A stretch of DNA of 45,949 nt, the filler included, from Jimgerdemannia flammicorona (lineage: Eukaryota): assembly GCA_003990765.1 (NCBI GenBank). It is 2 parts of 2 records of this genome, joined end to end, with 100 filler letters (N's around TTAATTAATTAA, not from the genome) between each part and the next. Parts side by side here need not be neighbours in the genome. Positions count along the whole stretch, not along the records: positions 1 to 22,928 come from RBNJ01001184.1; positions 23,029 to 45,949 come from RBNJ01001185.1. One strand, 5' to 3'. Numbering within the stretch: position 1 is the first letter of the stretch; the number at the start of each line of letters is the position of its first letter. Made by a program: the position numbers and the translations under genes. Shown here piece after piece: positions 11,600-23,613 of this stretch. The notes under the pieces are model-generated. The model worked only from the letters and a program-made list of their open reading frames with translations, did not search any database and was not told the origin of the DNA.

Positions 11600-12830
11600 G
11601 TCTTATAGAATACCTCACTATCTAAAGACATTTGAGAAGGAACATATTTAGAAACTCTTAGACAATGGAGTTATCTAATCCTCCACCAGTCCCTAAGCCA
11701 GCCCTATACTTATTGTATCTAAGAAAAAAGGATGAAGACTCTATATAGACTATAGGAAACTCAATTTAGTCACTAAAAAAGATACTTACTCTTTGCCCAG
11801 AATTGATGATCTTTTAGATTAATTACAAGATATCAGATACTTCAGCAGTATTGTAGGATTTTATAAGATCCTCATAGATCTCAAGAACATTCAGAAAATA
11901 GCCTTTCTTGCTCTAAAAAACTTTTTAAATATCTCTGAATACTCTTTGAACAATATAATATACCCCCAACCTTCCAGAGAATAATGAACTCAGTCTATGG
12001 CTCACTGATCCACTATTGTCTAATTATATATATAGATGACTCTAATATCTATTTAGTAAATTTTGAAGAATATCAATACTATCTAGAGGAATTCTTCAAG
12101 CTTATCTGCAAAAATCATCTGAGACTCAATATCAAGAAATGTTACTTTGAAAAACAGAAGCTTGAATTCCTTAGATTTATAGTTTCAAAAGAAGGAACCC
12201 ATATAGATCTAAAGAAAACCAAGAAGATTAACAATTGGCCAGTATTTAAGATTTCAAAGAAAATACTATTATTCTTAATATTAGTATTCTACTACAGAAG
12301 GTTTATCAAAGACTTTGCCCAAATTGCTACTTCAATTTGAGTCTTGCTTAAGAAAGAAGTACTATATAAATAGATGGAACTACAAGAACTAGCCTTCAAA
12401 GAACTCAAATACTATATAACTATAGTACTAATTCTTATGCAGCCCAATCTACAAAAGCCATTTATCTTATATACAGATACTTTTAAAGATGGCCTTAGAG
12501 CAGTTTTAGTCCAAAAAGGACCTGACCAGTAGTATCATATGATAGCTTATATAAGCTAAGCCACTAACTAGTAGTAAACTAATTATAGTAGTATCAAACT
12601 AGAATATCCTGTAGTTATATGAGCAGTTATCCTATTTAAATACTATCTTATTGAAAAAAGATTCACTCTAATAACTGACTATACTACTCTCAAATAGCTA
12701 TTCAATTATAAGGAATCTACCAGAATTCTTGCCTACTAGGTCCTTATTCTATAAGATTACAAAATCACTATCATCTATAAAGCAGGAAAAGCTCACAATA
12801 ATGTTGATATACTTTCCTACTAAATTTAAT
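11600..12830 (+). pseudogene. Gypsy-1 reverse transcriptase and RNase H
   Basis: DNGVI*SSTSP*ASPIL, RLYIDYRKLN, DTYSLPRIDDLL, IYIDD (ORF 11984-12340), YYRRFIKDFAQIA, FILYTD, ITDY..LK*L, YKAGKAHNNVD. Confidence 0.93.
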
Positions 12831-12879
12831 GAATCAGAAGAAGGGTGTACCAAGTAACTATACCCTAAAGAAAGCTCCT

Positions 12880-13890
12880 ATATATGACTATTAAAGTACA
12901 AGAAGATCTCATCCAAAAAGAATACCAGAAAGCCCACTAAGGACAGAAAAATATAGAAGAAAAGCTGTGAATAACATATCAATAGTGGCTCAATCTCAGA
13001 ACACAAGTCTGGGATATACTCAAAAAAGATGACATCTGCCAAAAGTACTAAGAGAAGAAAAACTACCAAATACTATTATAATTAATTGTACCATTAGACA
13101 ACATCTTTCAAAGATAGAGAGTAGATGTTATTAGACTCTTATTAGTTATACCAAGAAGGAATAAATATATTCTAGTATTTGTAGAATATCTAACCAAATG
13201 GCCCAAAGCTTTTCCAATGGAAATTGCTGATGTCTTGATTATTATTAGTCTCCTCTATGAGCTCACATTTAGATATAGACCTTCAGAAGAACATATCTTG
13301 GACCAAGGTACAGAATTCATCAATAACATAATTATAAGTTATATCTGAATTCACAAGATCTACCTTAAATAGACTATATTATACTACTTCTAAATCAATA
13401 GTATGATGGAATAAATGAATTAAACCATTAAGAAAGAACTTTCTTGAATTAATTCTATCAACTGGAACCTCTGCTTACCTGAGATCCTATGGAAAATTCA
13501 GAACACTCCTGTTGTCTCTATCAAACAAAAGCTATTTAAAATGATGTTTACTAAGAACACCAGAACTACTGATCATGAGGATCTCAGAGATCTCCTCAAA
13601 AAGACAGAACAATTATATAATCAGACTCAAGCTCAGATAATTAAGGCCCAAGAAAGATAGAAGAAGTATTATGACCAGAAACAAAAGAATCAAAAGATCA
13701 AAATTGGAGATCAAATACTAGTTTAGAGAAGTATTATTGAAACAAACTTTGCTATCAAACTAGAATCCAAATGAGAAGAACCTTATCTTATATATAATAT
13801 CAGAGAAACCAGTATCTATTTTAAAAATATAAATAGATGAACCCTGAAGACACTAGTATATATTAATTACCTCAAGCTATATCTCTCTTA
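12880..13890 (+). pseudogene. Gypsy-1 integrase
   Basis: Degenerate HHCC region (..ICQKY), VDVIRL, ILVFVEYLTKWPKAF, DQGTEF and a GPY/F-like K*EEPY. Confidence 0.9.
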
Positions 13891-14436
13891 TTATGAATCA
13901 GAGAATTGATCAGTACCTCTGAACCCTTATCCTTAGTTTCTTCCAAGCTCTGCCTGTCTCTCTGTCTCAGTTCTGCTTACTTGAAGAAATCCTAATATAA
14001 TTGATCTAAAAACATCAAAAGAACCTTACTATTACTCAGAGACTATTATAGATCTACTATCTGCAGGTCTTCTATAATATCAGTCTATTGTTACAGGAGT
14101 AATCTTATATAAAGAAATCAGTTAATATAACTATCTGAGAGATCTAAACTACAAAAAGGCTCTATATCTTATATAGATGAAATCTAAGAGTCTTGTTGCA
14201 AGCTCACTTCCATCTGACTGATATCTACCAGATAAATGAGATGACCTTTCCAGACATCCTTTAATAAGTAGATATTCTATTTCCCAAAGAGCAGAAAGAA
14301 GACCCAGAACTAGAGTAGAGTGATCTAGATATAAAAGGAGATAATAGTACTGATATAGATGTAGAAGATATCTATAAATATTAAAATAATAACTAAAGGA
14401 CAGTCTGAGGACAGACCATCTTTTAGTAGGAGCTGA

Positions 14437-15746
14437 TATAATAAATTAGCAGAAAAACATATATATTAAGTCACTATCTCAATTAGTTACTATATATCAT
14501 ATCAAGTATACATATCAGACAACCAGAGTTACCCTACTATATCAACTTATATAAATAACTCAAATAGCTAAAGAACAAAATATTACAGACCCTAAAGATC
14601 ATCCTGAAATTCTAAAGATTACTTTAAGATCTTGAAGGTCACTTTGAGACTATAAAGGTCACTTATTCCCATATATAGTAAATCTATAATTAGCTATATA
14701 GTAACTAGATAGCAACTAATCTATATATATGAAATACCCCAGAGATAAGAGTGAATAAACCTCAGTCTGAAAATCAAAAGTAAAAGCCAATTATCTAGTA
14801 TACTTAGAAGAAGAAACCTACTATCAAGCTACTACCAAGAAGTTGTAAGCTATTTTCCATTTCAGTCCACTTTCTAATACAAAGAATAAGTCTGAATTCA
14901 AGAGTATTTATCATCCAAGTTTGAGTAAAGAACTTGTCACTATTTGAGTAATCTACTACTTAAAAAAGAGCTGTCATTTTTAAGAGAAGTTCACTATCTT
15001 GTTATAAAGTCAGTTTATTTAATATAACTTCACAGTAAAGTTAGTCTCAATGTAACTTCATATAAATGAAGCCAGTCTCTGACATAACTTTATAAGAAGA
15101 GAATTCACATCATTCAAAAACCATACTAATTTAGGAAGAATTCATATCATCCACCATTTTCTAAAAAGTCTACCATAGAAATCTTACTACAAAGTTAGTC
15201 TATCTTGATGCAACTTTACAATAGAGCCAGTTCTTCTATATAACTCCATATAAATAAAGCCAGTCTTTGACATAACTTTACTTAAAAATCTGTCCTCTGA
15301 GTTATTCAAGTTATCTGTCAAATCAAGTTATTTGAGTTATTTAAGAAATCTGCTAATTTAGAAGAATCTATACCAAAACCAAGTTATCTACCAACCTGCC
15401 ACCTAATATAGAATACTGCCAACCTACTATATTATACCAGATTACCCAGATTGTTATAATACTTTTAGAGATTGTTATACTATATAGAAATTATTCATTA
15501 CTTAAGAAGAAAATTTACTCACAGAGACTATTATATAAATTACCACTATACTTAAGAACTGTCCTAATAAGAAAATTACCAGAATTGATCACTATATCTA
15601 AACTTAACTATTATACTGCTAAATACCAATAACGATACCAGAAAGCATAGAACATTTATTACTTTTTAACAAAGTAACTGAGGGCTTAAGCCAAACTACA
15701 TCAACTTCCAATCTTGTAATTTCCTCTATTAAGTCAGTATATTATA
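14437..15746 (+). repeat. 3' LTR of Gypsy-1 (~1.3 kb) with internal tandem repeats
   Basis: Follows GTCTGAGGACAGAC plus a PPT-like stretch at 14401-14436. Termini TATAAT...ATTATA fit decayed TGTAAC...GTTACA. The 3' end (TTTATTACTTTTTAACAAAGTAACT...ATCTTGTAATTT) matches the reverse complement of 43836-43940. Confidence 0.78.
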
Positions 15747-15949
15747 CTATATATGCTTAAAATATAAGAAACTAGAGTAAGAATAAAGGATAATAGGTCT
15801 CAATAGTAGAAGATCTCAAATATAGAAGAAAAAGAAGAAAAAAATAGAATAGTGCAATATAATACTTAAAGAGAGAGATATATTGTATCATTTTTCTACT
15901 TCCTTTTTGTTATAAAATATTCTGTGATTATCTATTATTTATTACTGAT

Positions 15950-17065
15950 ATAGTTTACCATAAGTCTCATTTTTTTAATATATTATTAAAATTTAAATCT
16001 CAAAAGGGCTTTGGTGAGCAAATCTACAATCATATACTTTATAGAGATATATTCAAAGTATATAGTCTCATTCTTTATATACTCTCTTATAATAATACTA
16101 TATATCAATATACTTTATTTTGAAGTAATATATAGAGTTTTTTTCTATAGCAATTATAGACCTGATGGATGAGCATAGAGTTTTATTTCTAATCAAAGTT
16201 TAGCTTCTTTAGTAATTAATATAGCCAAATAGCTTTTTTGTTACAGTGGAAAAGACTTGATATTTGGCCTAAATAGAAGAAGTTACTAGAGAACTACTTG
16301 TATATTTGCTATAAAATAACTCCTTTGTCATTTAACTGAAAGAAGTATCTAGTTATAGATTACTAATATCTAAGTCTCTAGTCCAATTAGTATTATATGT
16401 ACTGAATAGTTGTATACTGTTTTTGTTATTATTATTATTATTGCTCTTACTCAATCTACTGAGGATAAGTATATAGTATATTATTCCTTTAATATATCTG
16501 AAAATTCTCTTAATAATACTTTAATATAAATTATTATAGTATAATAAATACTATACTATCCTATTTATAGTAAATAAAATATTTGACCTTATTTCTAGCA
16601 TAAGATATATACATAAGAGAACTGACTGTTTATTGATAGGAAATATTGATATAGTTTTTCTCTAATATAGTATCAGACTTCCTTAAATTTATCAAAGTTT
16701 TCATAAGAGTGTTTACTGGCTTATATTCACTCATTTTGAATTATTCAAAGATGATTTAGATATAAGTTAACTATAAGAAATATATAGCATATATACTCCT
16801 ATCATCTATAATAGATATTCTCAAAAGAAAGAATATATTACCTATATTAGTTATCTTGAATTCCTTATACAGAGCTTCTTTAACTCTATTAAGTTTATTT
16901 TTTATTATAATAATAATAATATCATCTATCTAAATATCTATGAATACTACTCTATTGGTATAGTATTGAATATATATATAATTATCTACTTTATAGTATA
17001 TATAGCTATTATTATGAAGATATTTATCAATTTTTCTATTTTATAAATAGACTGCTTAGTTAATA
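15950..17065 (-). mobile_element. Ty1/Copia RT-RNase H fragment, heavily decayed
   Basis: Minus-strand motifs KQS, VFIDI*IDDIII (WVDD), NTNWTRD (DANWAGD), KNSIYYFKIKYIDI (NPVYHxRTKHIDI) and MIVDLLTKAL. Cut off where LINE-B begins. Confidence 0.88.
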
Positions 17066-17251
17066 CTATATAATCCTAGGGGACTCCTTTTGCTCAAACC
17101 ACATAGAGTGAGCTAAGCCACATGGGCATCTTTTTATGAAAAGCAATACGTTTTCAAGTTTTCACTTTGCCTACACTGGTATATTAGGTGTGGCAGGAGT
17201 CTGGCAATAATCCACAATAAGTTTCATTGAAATCTATCAAGTTTTCAAGAT

Positions 17252-19113
17252 ATGATGACCCAGGGTTCATTAAGCTTGGAGTGCCTGGAGAGGAGGAGGC
17301 CTGGCCTGAGTCTCCCCAAGAGTTTTATATGTAGCTGCTTGGAGCTGGAAGACAGATTGGAGGTCAAGAACTGACAGCAGAATTGGATGGTTGGTGCATA
17401 GTGGTGGGAGGTAAGTGGGTAGTCTTTAGGCCTACAGTTGGAGGGCAGCAGGGGCATAGTGTTGACAGAGATGGACATCAGGTGACTGGTCAGCTGACTG
17501 GCCAGGGACTCAGCAGGGGTCAGAGGTCCAGGAGTATAATGGTAGAGATAGGCTTTCCTAGAGCTGGGCCAGTGGCTGGGGGTGGGACTGCTGGTAGTGT
17601 AGTAGCTCCTGGTGAGGTGGTGGCTAGCATGTCTGGAAGCAAGAACAAGGCAATCCTGGCCACAAAGACTGGTGAGCTGGTGGTATGACTATTCTTTCTT
17701 AAGTCAGTGTTGACATAGGCAGTCTCTACCAATTTCTTGGACCTTGGTCTGTTGGCCAAGAAAGTTCTATGACTAGTGGATGAGGAGGTAGCAGGGGCAG
17801 AGTCACTGAGGTATATTCCCTCAGCAGAGGTAGTGGAGGTCAGATTTGTTAAGGAGGAGGCTATGGTGAAGGCCTTAGAGAAGGAGTTGATGGTCAAGAA
17901 TGTTAAGATAGAGATGGCAAGGTGCCTGAGATGGGACCTATGTGCAGTGAGGTTGGTAGTAGAAGGATTGTCAATACTGAGCAGGCAGGAGACCAAGATG
18001 GTGATCACCAAGGCTCTGGAAGGCTATAGTGAGATGGTGGATTTCAGATTTATATTTTGGGAGAGCATGAAGTTGAGGAATGGCAATTGTGAGATAATGG
18101 TGTGGTTGGAGGAGAAGGAGGCAATGGGTTTGGGGCAAGACTGGCCAGAGGTCATTTATATTGGGGAGCAGGAATGTCAGGTTTGGAGGAGGAAAGGCTC
18201 TGAGCAAGAAGAGGAGGAGCTACTGATAGCCCTTGAGGAGTGGGATGAGGTGAAGGCTCTACAGAAGAGGAAATGGAAGGAATTTGCCAAAGATTGGATC
18301 TGGATTAAGACAGATAGAAAGAGGAAGTATTGGCATAAGGTAAACTGAGAGTGGCTACAGGCAGTGCTGCAAGCATCTGTGGAGGAGGAGGTTGAAAGGA
18401 TGGCATCTGATAGGAATCAAATAGAAGGAGTGGAGGCAGCTGAGGTGTCCTTCTTGCAGCTGGGGGGAGTGGGAGAATCTGTACATGTGCCAATAATAGG
18501 GAAGTGGGCAGATGGTGAGGAAGAGCAAGGAGCAGGCTTCAAAGAGAATGTTGAGATAGTTCTGAAAACTCAGATGAAAGACATGGTAATGACTAGGTCA
18601 GTGAATATACACTGGGAATGTCCTGAGGCAGGGGAGGTGGTGAGGTTGAATAAGGTCTCTAAAGAGGATGAGCTAGTGGATGTTGCTTCCAATATATCTG
18701 CAGACAGAAAATTGCTTCAGGAGCTGTACAGGACTCCTAGGCCCATGACTCCAGGGCTACTGGTGATGGTAGCAAATGGCTGGTTTCAGGCAGTCCTGGA
18801 GGAACTAGCAGAGAATGATATTAAGAAAGTGAATGTATTTTAGGGTTCTCCAGAGGCATGGGAAGGATTTCTTAAGGTGGTATTGCAAGGACCAAAGTTG
18901 ATAACTACTATGGTAGCAGCCCTTCTAGAGGATGAAGAGTATGAGGTGGATGATGCCAGAATGGTAGATATCCATAAGGTGGTATCAGAGTGAGTAGACT
19001 CCTTCTGTGGCAGTGTCAATGGTAAGAGAATTTGGCAATCAGTCTGTGAGGAGCATCAAGACATCATTAAGGACAGAGCTGAGAAGGTAGTGGCAGTAGT
19101 AGCTGATATCTAA
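17252..19113 (+). pseudogene. LINE-B ORF1
   Basis: In-frame fragments 17383-17688, 17776-18348 and 18364-18843. VRLVVEGLS...YSEMVDFRFIFWESMKLRNGNCEIMVWL...WPEVI aligns with LINE-A ORF1. The start is uncertain. Confidence 0.75.
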
Positions 19114-19126
19114 ACTCCAATTTTTC

Positions 19127-22100
19127 ATGATGAAGTACAATCTACAAATTCTGTCAATCAATGTCAATGGTTTATGAGATAGAGTGAAGTGGTGGTATCT
19201 CTTTCGATAGTTGAAAGTCCAGAGGTATGATGTGGTGTTTCTTTAGGATATTCAGGCCTATTGTAAGGAGGACTATAAGTTGTGGAGTAAGGAATGGTTT
19301 GGAGATACTGGCTGGAGTAAGCAAGTTGGTATTCTAGTTGGGGTTGGAAAGGGGGAGTTGGTTGATGTGGAAAGATTTGGTAATTGTCTGGTGTAGAGAA
19401 GGTTGAAGGGAGGAAAAGGAGATGGACTCTTGGTGGGCTCTGTGTATCTGCCAGTAGTTGGCAGAGAGTGAAAGCAATGAGTAAAGGAGTGGCTGGCTTG
19501 AGAGGATTGGGCAGCTCTAGGGTTAGACATTCTGGAGGGTGATTTTAATATGGTAAGGGACTGTATACTGGATCAGTCTGATAGTGGGGCTGGTGTAGCA
19601 GTTTCTCCAGAGCTGTCTCAGTAGCTTTAGGTGGAAAAGGGCATGAGATTGGTGGATGGTATATGATTGAGGGTGGGAGATGAGTCAGGGCCCTTTACCA
19701 GGTGGCATTTAATAGACAATAGGATGGTTGGAATATGGATTAATTGGGTACTGGTAGCTGAACATTGGGGTAATGTTTTAGACACAGTGGGGGTATGATG
19801 GTGCCCATGGTCAGACTATTAGGGAGTCAAGGTGTGTGAAAGATTCCAGGCTATTAATGGAGGAGGTGGGCACTGGTGTCTTAATGTAGCCCTACTCTGA
19901 TGCCTGGTGGAATGGAAGCAGTTTATGTACTTGGCCAGATAGGAAGTAGAGTGATGGGTGGCTAGTGGTCTGTCTATTGCTGATTGATGGAGTAAGTTTA
20001 AACACCTTGCAGGTGCATATTGGTGAGACACTGGGGAGGTGGCAGGAAAGGAGCAAAAGGACAAGGAAAGGAGAGTCAAAAGAGGTTTGTGGTGGTGGCT
20101 GAAGTTATTGAAGGATGGTTCACTGGCAGAAGAGAAGAAGTGTCAGCTTGCTAAAGAGGTAGTCAACTTACAGTCAGCTTTGAGGGAGGCTGAGAATAGA
20201 GTCATAGATGGGCTCCTGGCATGCCTGAGGGCTAGGCGACTGGAAGAGGGTGAGCAACTGATGAAATACTTATCTGGTGTCTTAAAGGCAAGAAAAGTTC
20301 AATACAGCTAGTCTTCAGTATTATGAGAAGATGGTATTGAGGTTACCAGTGTGGCAGATATATTGGAGGAGGTTTCTGGACAATGGTGGACCCTCTGAAG
20401 TGATGATGATGAGGGAGGGGGTGCTGGGGTAGGGGATGTTGCTGAGGTACCTCTTGTATATAACTGGCCAGTGGTGCCACTGCCAGAGATAGGGGCTTCA
20501 GTATTAGGCAGAGTGTCTTTGGAGGTATTGGAGGTTCTGCAGAAGGCACCTGGTGGTTCATCGCCAGGTAAGGATGGACTCTCTTGGGAGTTTTGGAAGG
20601 ATTTTCAGATGGAATTTGGAGCTTGGCTTGTTGAAATGATTAATTATATGCTGGAAGAAAGACAGTGGATTGGAAATGGAAGCTTAGGACTGGTGTCTTT
20701 GCTGTATAAGGAGAAAGGTGACAGGAGGGAGTGGCATAACTGGCAGCTGATCATGCTGTTGAATATAGATAGGAAGCTAGTCTCCAAAATCCTGGCAGAA
20801 AGATTGCAGCAGTGAATTGAAAGACTGGTAGGAGAGGAGCAGAGGGGCTTTGTGAAGGGTCAGCAGATCAGGGACAGTACTGCCTGGGTGCAAAATATCT
20901 TAGAAGGCTGTAGGAGTCAGCAGGTCAATGGGAGGATAGTCTTCTTGGATCAGGAGAAGACATATGACAGGGTGCAGTGGCATTATCTAGAGGTAATACT
21001 TCAGAAAGTAGAGTTTGAGCTTGAAGAAGTTGGAAAGCTGATGGGACTGGTACGTGGCTATTGAGAGGCAGTGCTGATGAATGGCTAGAGTAGTTCAGAG
21101 TTTGCCTTAAGAAGAGGGGTTCCATAAGGAGACCCTCTTTCTCTGCTCCTTTATATTCTCTTGCTGGAACTGATGTTGGCCTGGCTAAGAGGATGGCTGA
21201 ATGGCTTGTGAATAGGTGAGGTAGTTTAGAAGCTAGGGGCCTTTGTAGATGACATGGTGATGAGGCTTAGCAGCATGGCAGATGTGGACATTTTAAGAGA
21301 AGGAATAGAACAGTATGAGGGATTGGCAGGTGCAAAGTTGAATTGAGGAAAGTGTAAAACCTTAGAGCTTGGTACAGGCTTAGGGGTAGCAGGGTTTGGA
21401 CAAGTGGTGCCTATAGGGGAGGCAGTACAGTACTTAGGGATATGGTTTTTAGTGTTCAGGACAGTTTTGCCAAGGGAGTGGTATTGTTCAATAGTACAGA
21501 AATAGGAAGGTGTACTGATAGGCTGGACTGGTCAAAACTTCTCCCTGGTGGGAAGAGTGGTGGTCCTGAATGTGTACTGGCTGCTGAAGTTGTGGTATCT
21601 GGGTTTTCACTTAGATTTCCCTAGATGAGTGGTGTGGTGGCTCAAAAAGGCTATTGAAGGATGGCTCTGGAGGGGTAGATGGCCACTAATTGGATGGGAA
21701 ACATTGGTGCTACTGATTACTGATGGAGGTTTGGGGTTGGTGGACTTTTGGTGAAGGTTGAAGGCACTTAGGGGCTGGTGGGGTTGCTGATTAGTAGAGT
21801 TAGGAGAAGAAAGTTGGGGCAGATTGATGATGGATAATTGGGAGATCAGATTCTGCCTCTGGAGTGTGAAGAGGAAGGATTTGTGAGGACTACTTCAAGT
21901 TTGATCAGTGGGGAGGATGAGGTTCAAAGGGTTCTGGTGGGGTATTGTTGAGGCCTAGCTTACAATGGAACTAACAGGACCAGAGGTGGAGGCAATAGGG
22001 GAGGGGGCTAACTCTGAGCAGTGATGGTGGCAACTTAGACTACTCAGGGTAAGAGGGAAGGAGCTGAAGGACTATTCTCTGGTAGAGGCTATGGAATGGG

Positions 22101-22800
22101 CCAGATCAGGCCCTCTTGAGCAGTGGCCAGTAGGATGGCAGACTGCTGGCATTGGCGAGATGTGAGAATGGGGTCGAATTTGGAGATAGGTAGCTACTTT
22201 GAATAAGGTAGTGCCTCTTAGATATTGGGTAGTTTGGTGGCAGTTCCTGAGAAGAAATGTAATATTGAACTATCAGACAGGATGGATGGTGGTCAATGGG
22301 TACAGAGATTGTGAATGGTGTGCCGAGATCTCTGGAGAAGTAGTTCAGACCCCAGAGTATATCATAGAGACCTGCCCAGGGGTAGAGAGTTATTGGCAGA
22401 TGCTGGAGGAATATTAGGGTTCTGACAGAAGGAGGCCAGAAGATTCTGTCAGTGTAGTTACCCAGAGGAGACTGGTGGGGGAGGTTGGGGACATTTGGGG
22501 AGGTGTTGGGAGGATCTTGGGCATATGGGTCTTAATGGCAGCACACTGGTGATGGGTCTTTGAAAGCAAATATTGGATGGGAATTGGTGATCTGGTGGAG
22601 TGATGGTGCTGGCTTGTGAGAGAAGTAGTATAGGGTTGGTGGCACCAGGGGAGGTAGCAGGAGTTGGGGGCAGTAAAGAAGGTCCAAGATATTGTATTGG
22701 AGAGTTAGGGTCATCTAGTACTAGGTGAGGATGGGGTGTAGTGAAAAATTGGGGTGGGTTGATAGGACCTGTTAGGTTTATTTTATCCTTATAGTATGGA
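19127..22800 (+). pseudogene. LINE-B ORF2 (endonuclease-reverse transcriptase-Zn finger)
   Basis: MMKYNLQILSINVNGL, GDFN, SPGKDG, WQLIMLLNIDRK, DQEKTYDRV, GVP*GDPLS, FVDDM, GGLGLVDF and CEWC...PEYIIETC. Confidence 0.93.
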
Positions 22801-22928
22801 ATAGGTGGCTAGTGGGATAAATTTGTGGTTTAATTCATATAGACTAGTGGAATAAAGGAGTCCAAGTAACTATAAAAAAAAAAAAAATTGGTGCTTGGTG
22901 GGATGGTGAGGTCTTGGCTGCTGTAGAG

Positions 22929-23028
22929 NNNNNNNNNNNNNNNNNNNNNNNNNNNNNNNNNNNNNNNNNNNNTTAATTAATTAANNNNNNNNNNNNNNNN
23001 NNNNNNNNNNNNNNNNNNNNNNNNNNNN
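22929..23028. other. Artificial scaffold/concatenation spacer
   Basis: 44 N + TTAATTAATTAA (stops in all six frames) + 44 N = exactly 100 bp. Confidence 0.97.
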
Positions 23029-23263
23029 GGGGAGGGAATGACTTTGCGGTTCTGCTGTGTTGGATTAAGTCACTCGTTGATGGTGGGAGGAGAGGGTCTT
23101 ATATAGATTTTCTCACTTGTCTTGGCCTTGGCTGGTGTTACCCAAGTCTCGGCTCTTGGATCTCGTGGCATTCGAAACCATTAACACAAATTTACATCCT
23201 CAACCGCCAAAAAAGCACTTCACCACTCACAAAACTCTCACGCTACATCTAAAAAAAAAAGAA

Positions 23264-23458
23264 ATGCCTTTCTTCAAATTCTCCAAGAAGACCATCTCCG
23301 TCCACGATACCGCCTCCACCACCTCGTTGGACCCCAAGTCTCAAAACAGTATCCCCAAGCACAGCCTCGACACCACAAAGAAGGAGCGCGAAATTGTCTC
23401 ACCCATGCTGCTCATGGCCGACGGGACGTCATTGTGGGCTACCAACGCCGTGAGGTGA
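23264..23458 (+). CDS. Small hypothetical protein, 64 aa (MPFFKFSKK...WATNAVR)
   Basis: ATG in an A-rich context (GAAATG) after a C/A-rich leader, C-ending codon bias, and a TATATA about 160 nt upstream. Confidence 0.6.
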   Translation: MPFFKFSKKTISVHDTASTTSLDPKSQNSIPKHSLDTTKKEREIVSPMLLMADGTSLWATNAVR

Positions 23459-23574
23459 TCGGGTTTCAATCGGTTGTAGGAAAGCGCTTGCATCACGCAA
23501 AACTCAATTATTTGACACATTTGTTTGTAAAGACCGTTCCTTTATCCGACGGTTACTCCTATCACGACCTCTTT

Positions 23575-23613
<39 letters not shown>

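Larger units (their letters stand above)
7281..15746 (+). mobile_element. Gypsy-1: degenerate Ty3/Gypsy LTR retrotransposon (gag-PR-unknown-dUTPase-RT-RH-IN-3'LTR); 5' LTR not seen
   Basis: Domain order PR-RT-RH-IN. Motifs: gag IPTFAEYLKEDPRDFL, PR ILIDIGS, RT SP*ASP / IDYRKLN / YIDD, RH FILYTD, IN VEYLTKWP / DQGTEF / K*EEPY. Homologous to the copy at 40083-44560. Confidence 0.93.
17070..22887 (+). mobile_element. LINE-B: full-length degenerate L1/Tx1-like non-LTR retrotransposon, distant relative of LINE-A
   Basis: ORF1 and ORF2 fragments, AATAAA at 22851 and poly-A at 22874-22887. The 5' boundary is placed at the GC step next to the Copia fragment. Confidence 0.93.

Noticed and set aside
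22973..22984. TTAATTAATTAA palindrome
   Set aside because: Assembly linker inside Ns, not biological.
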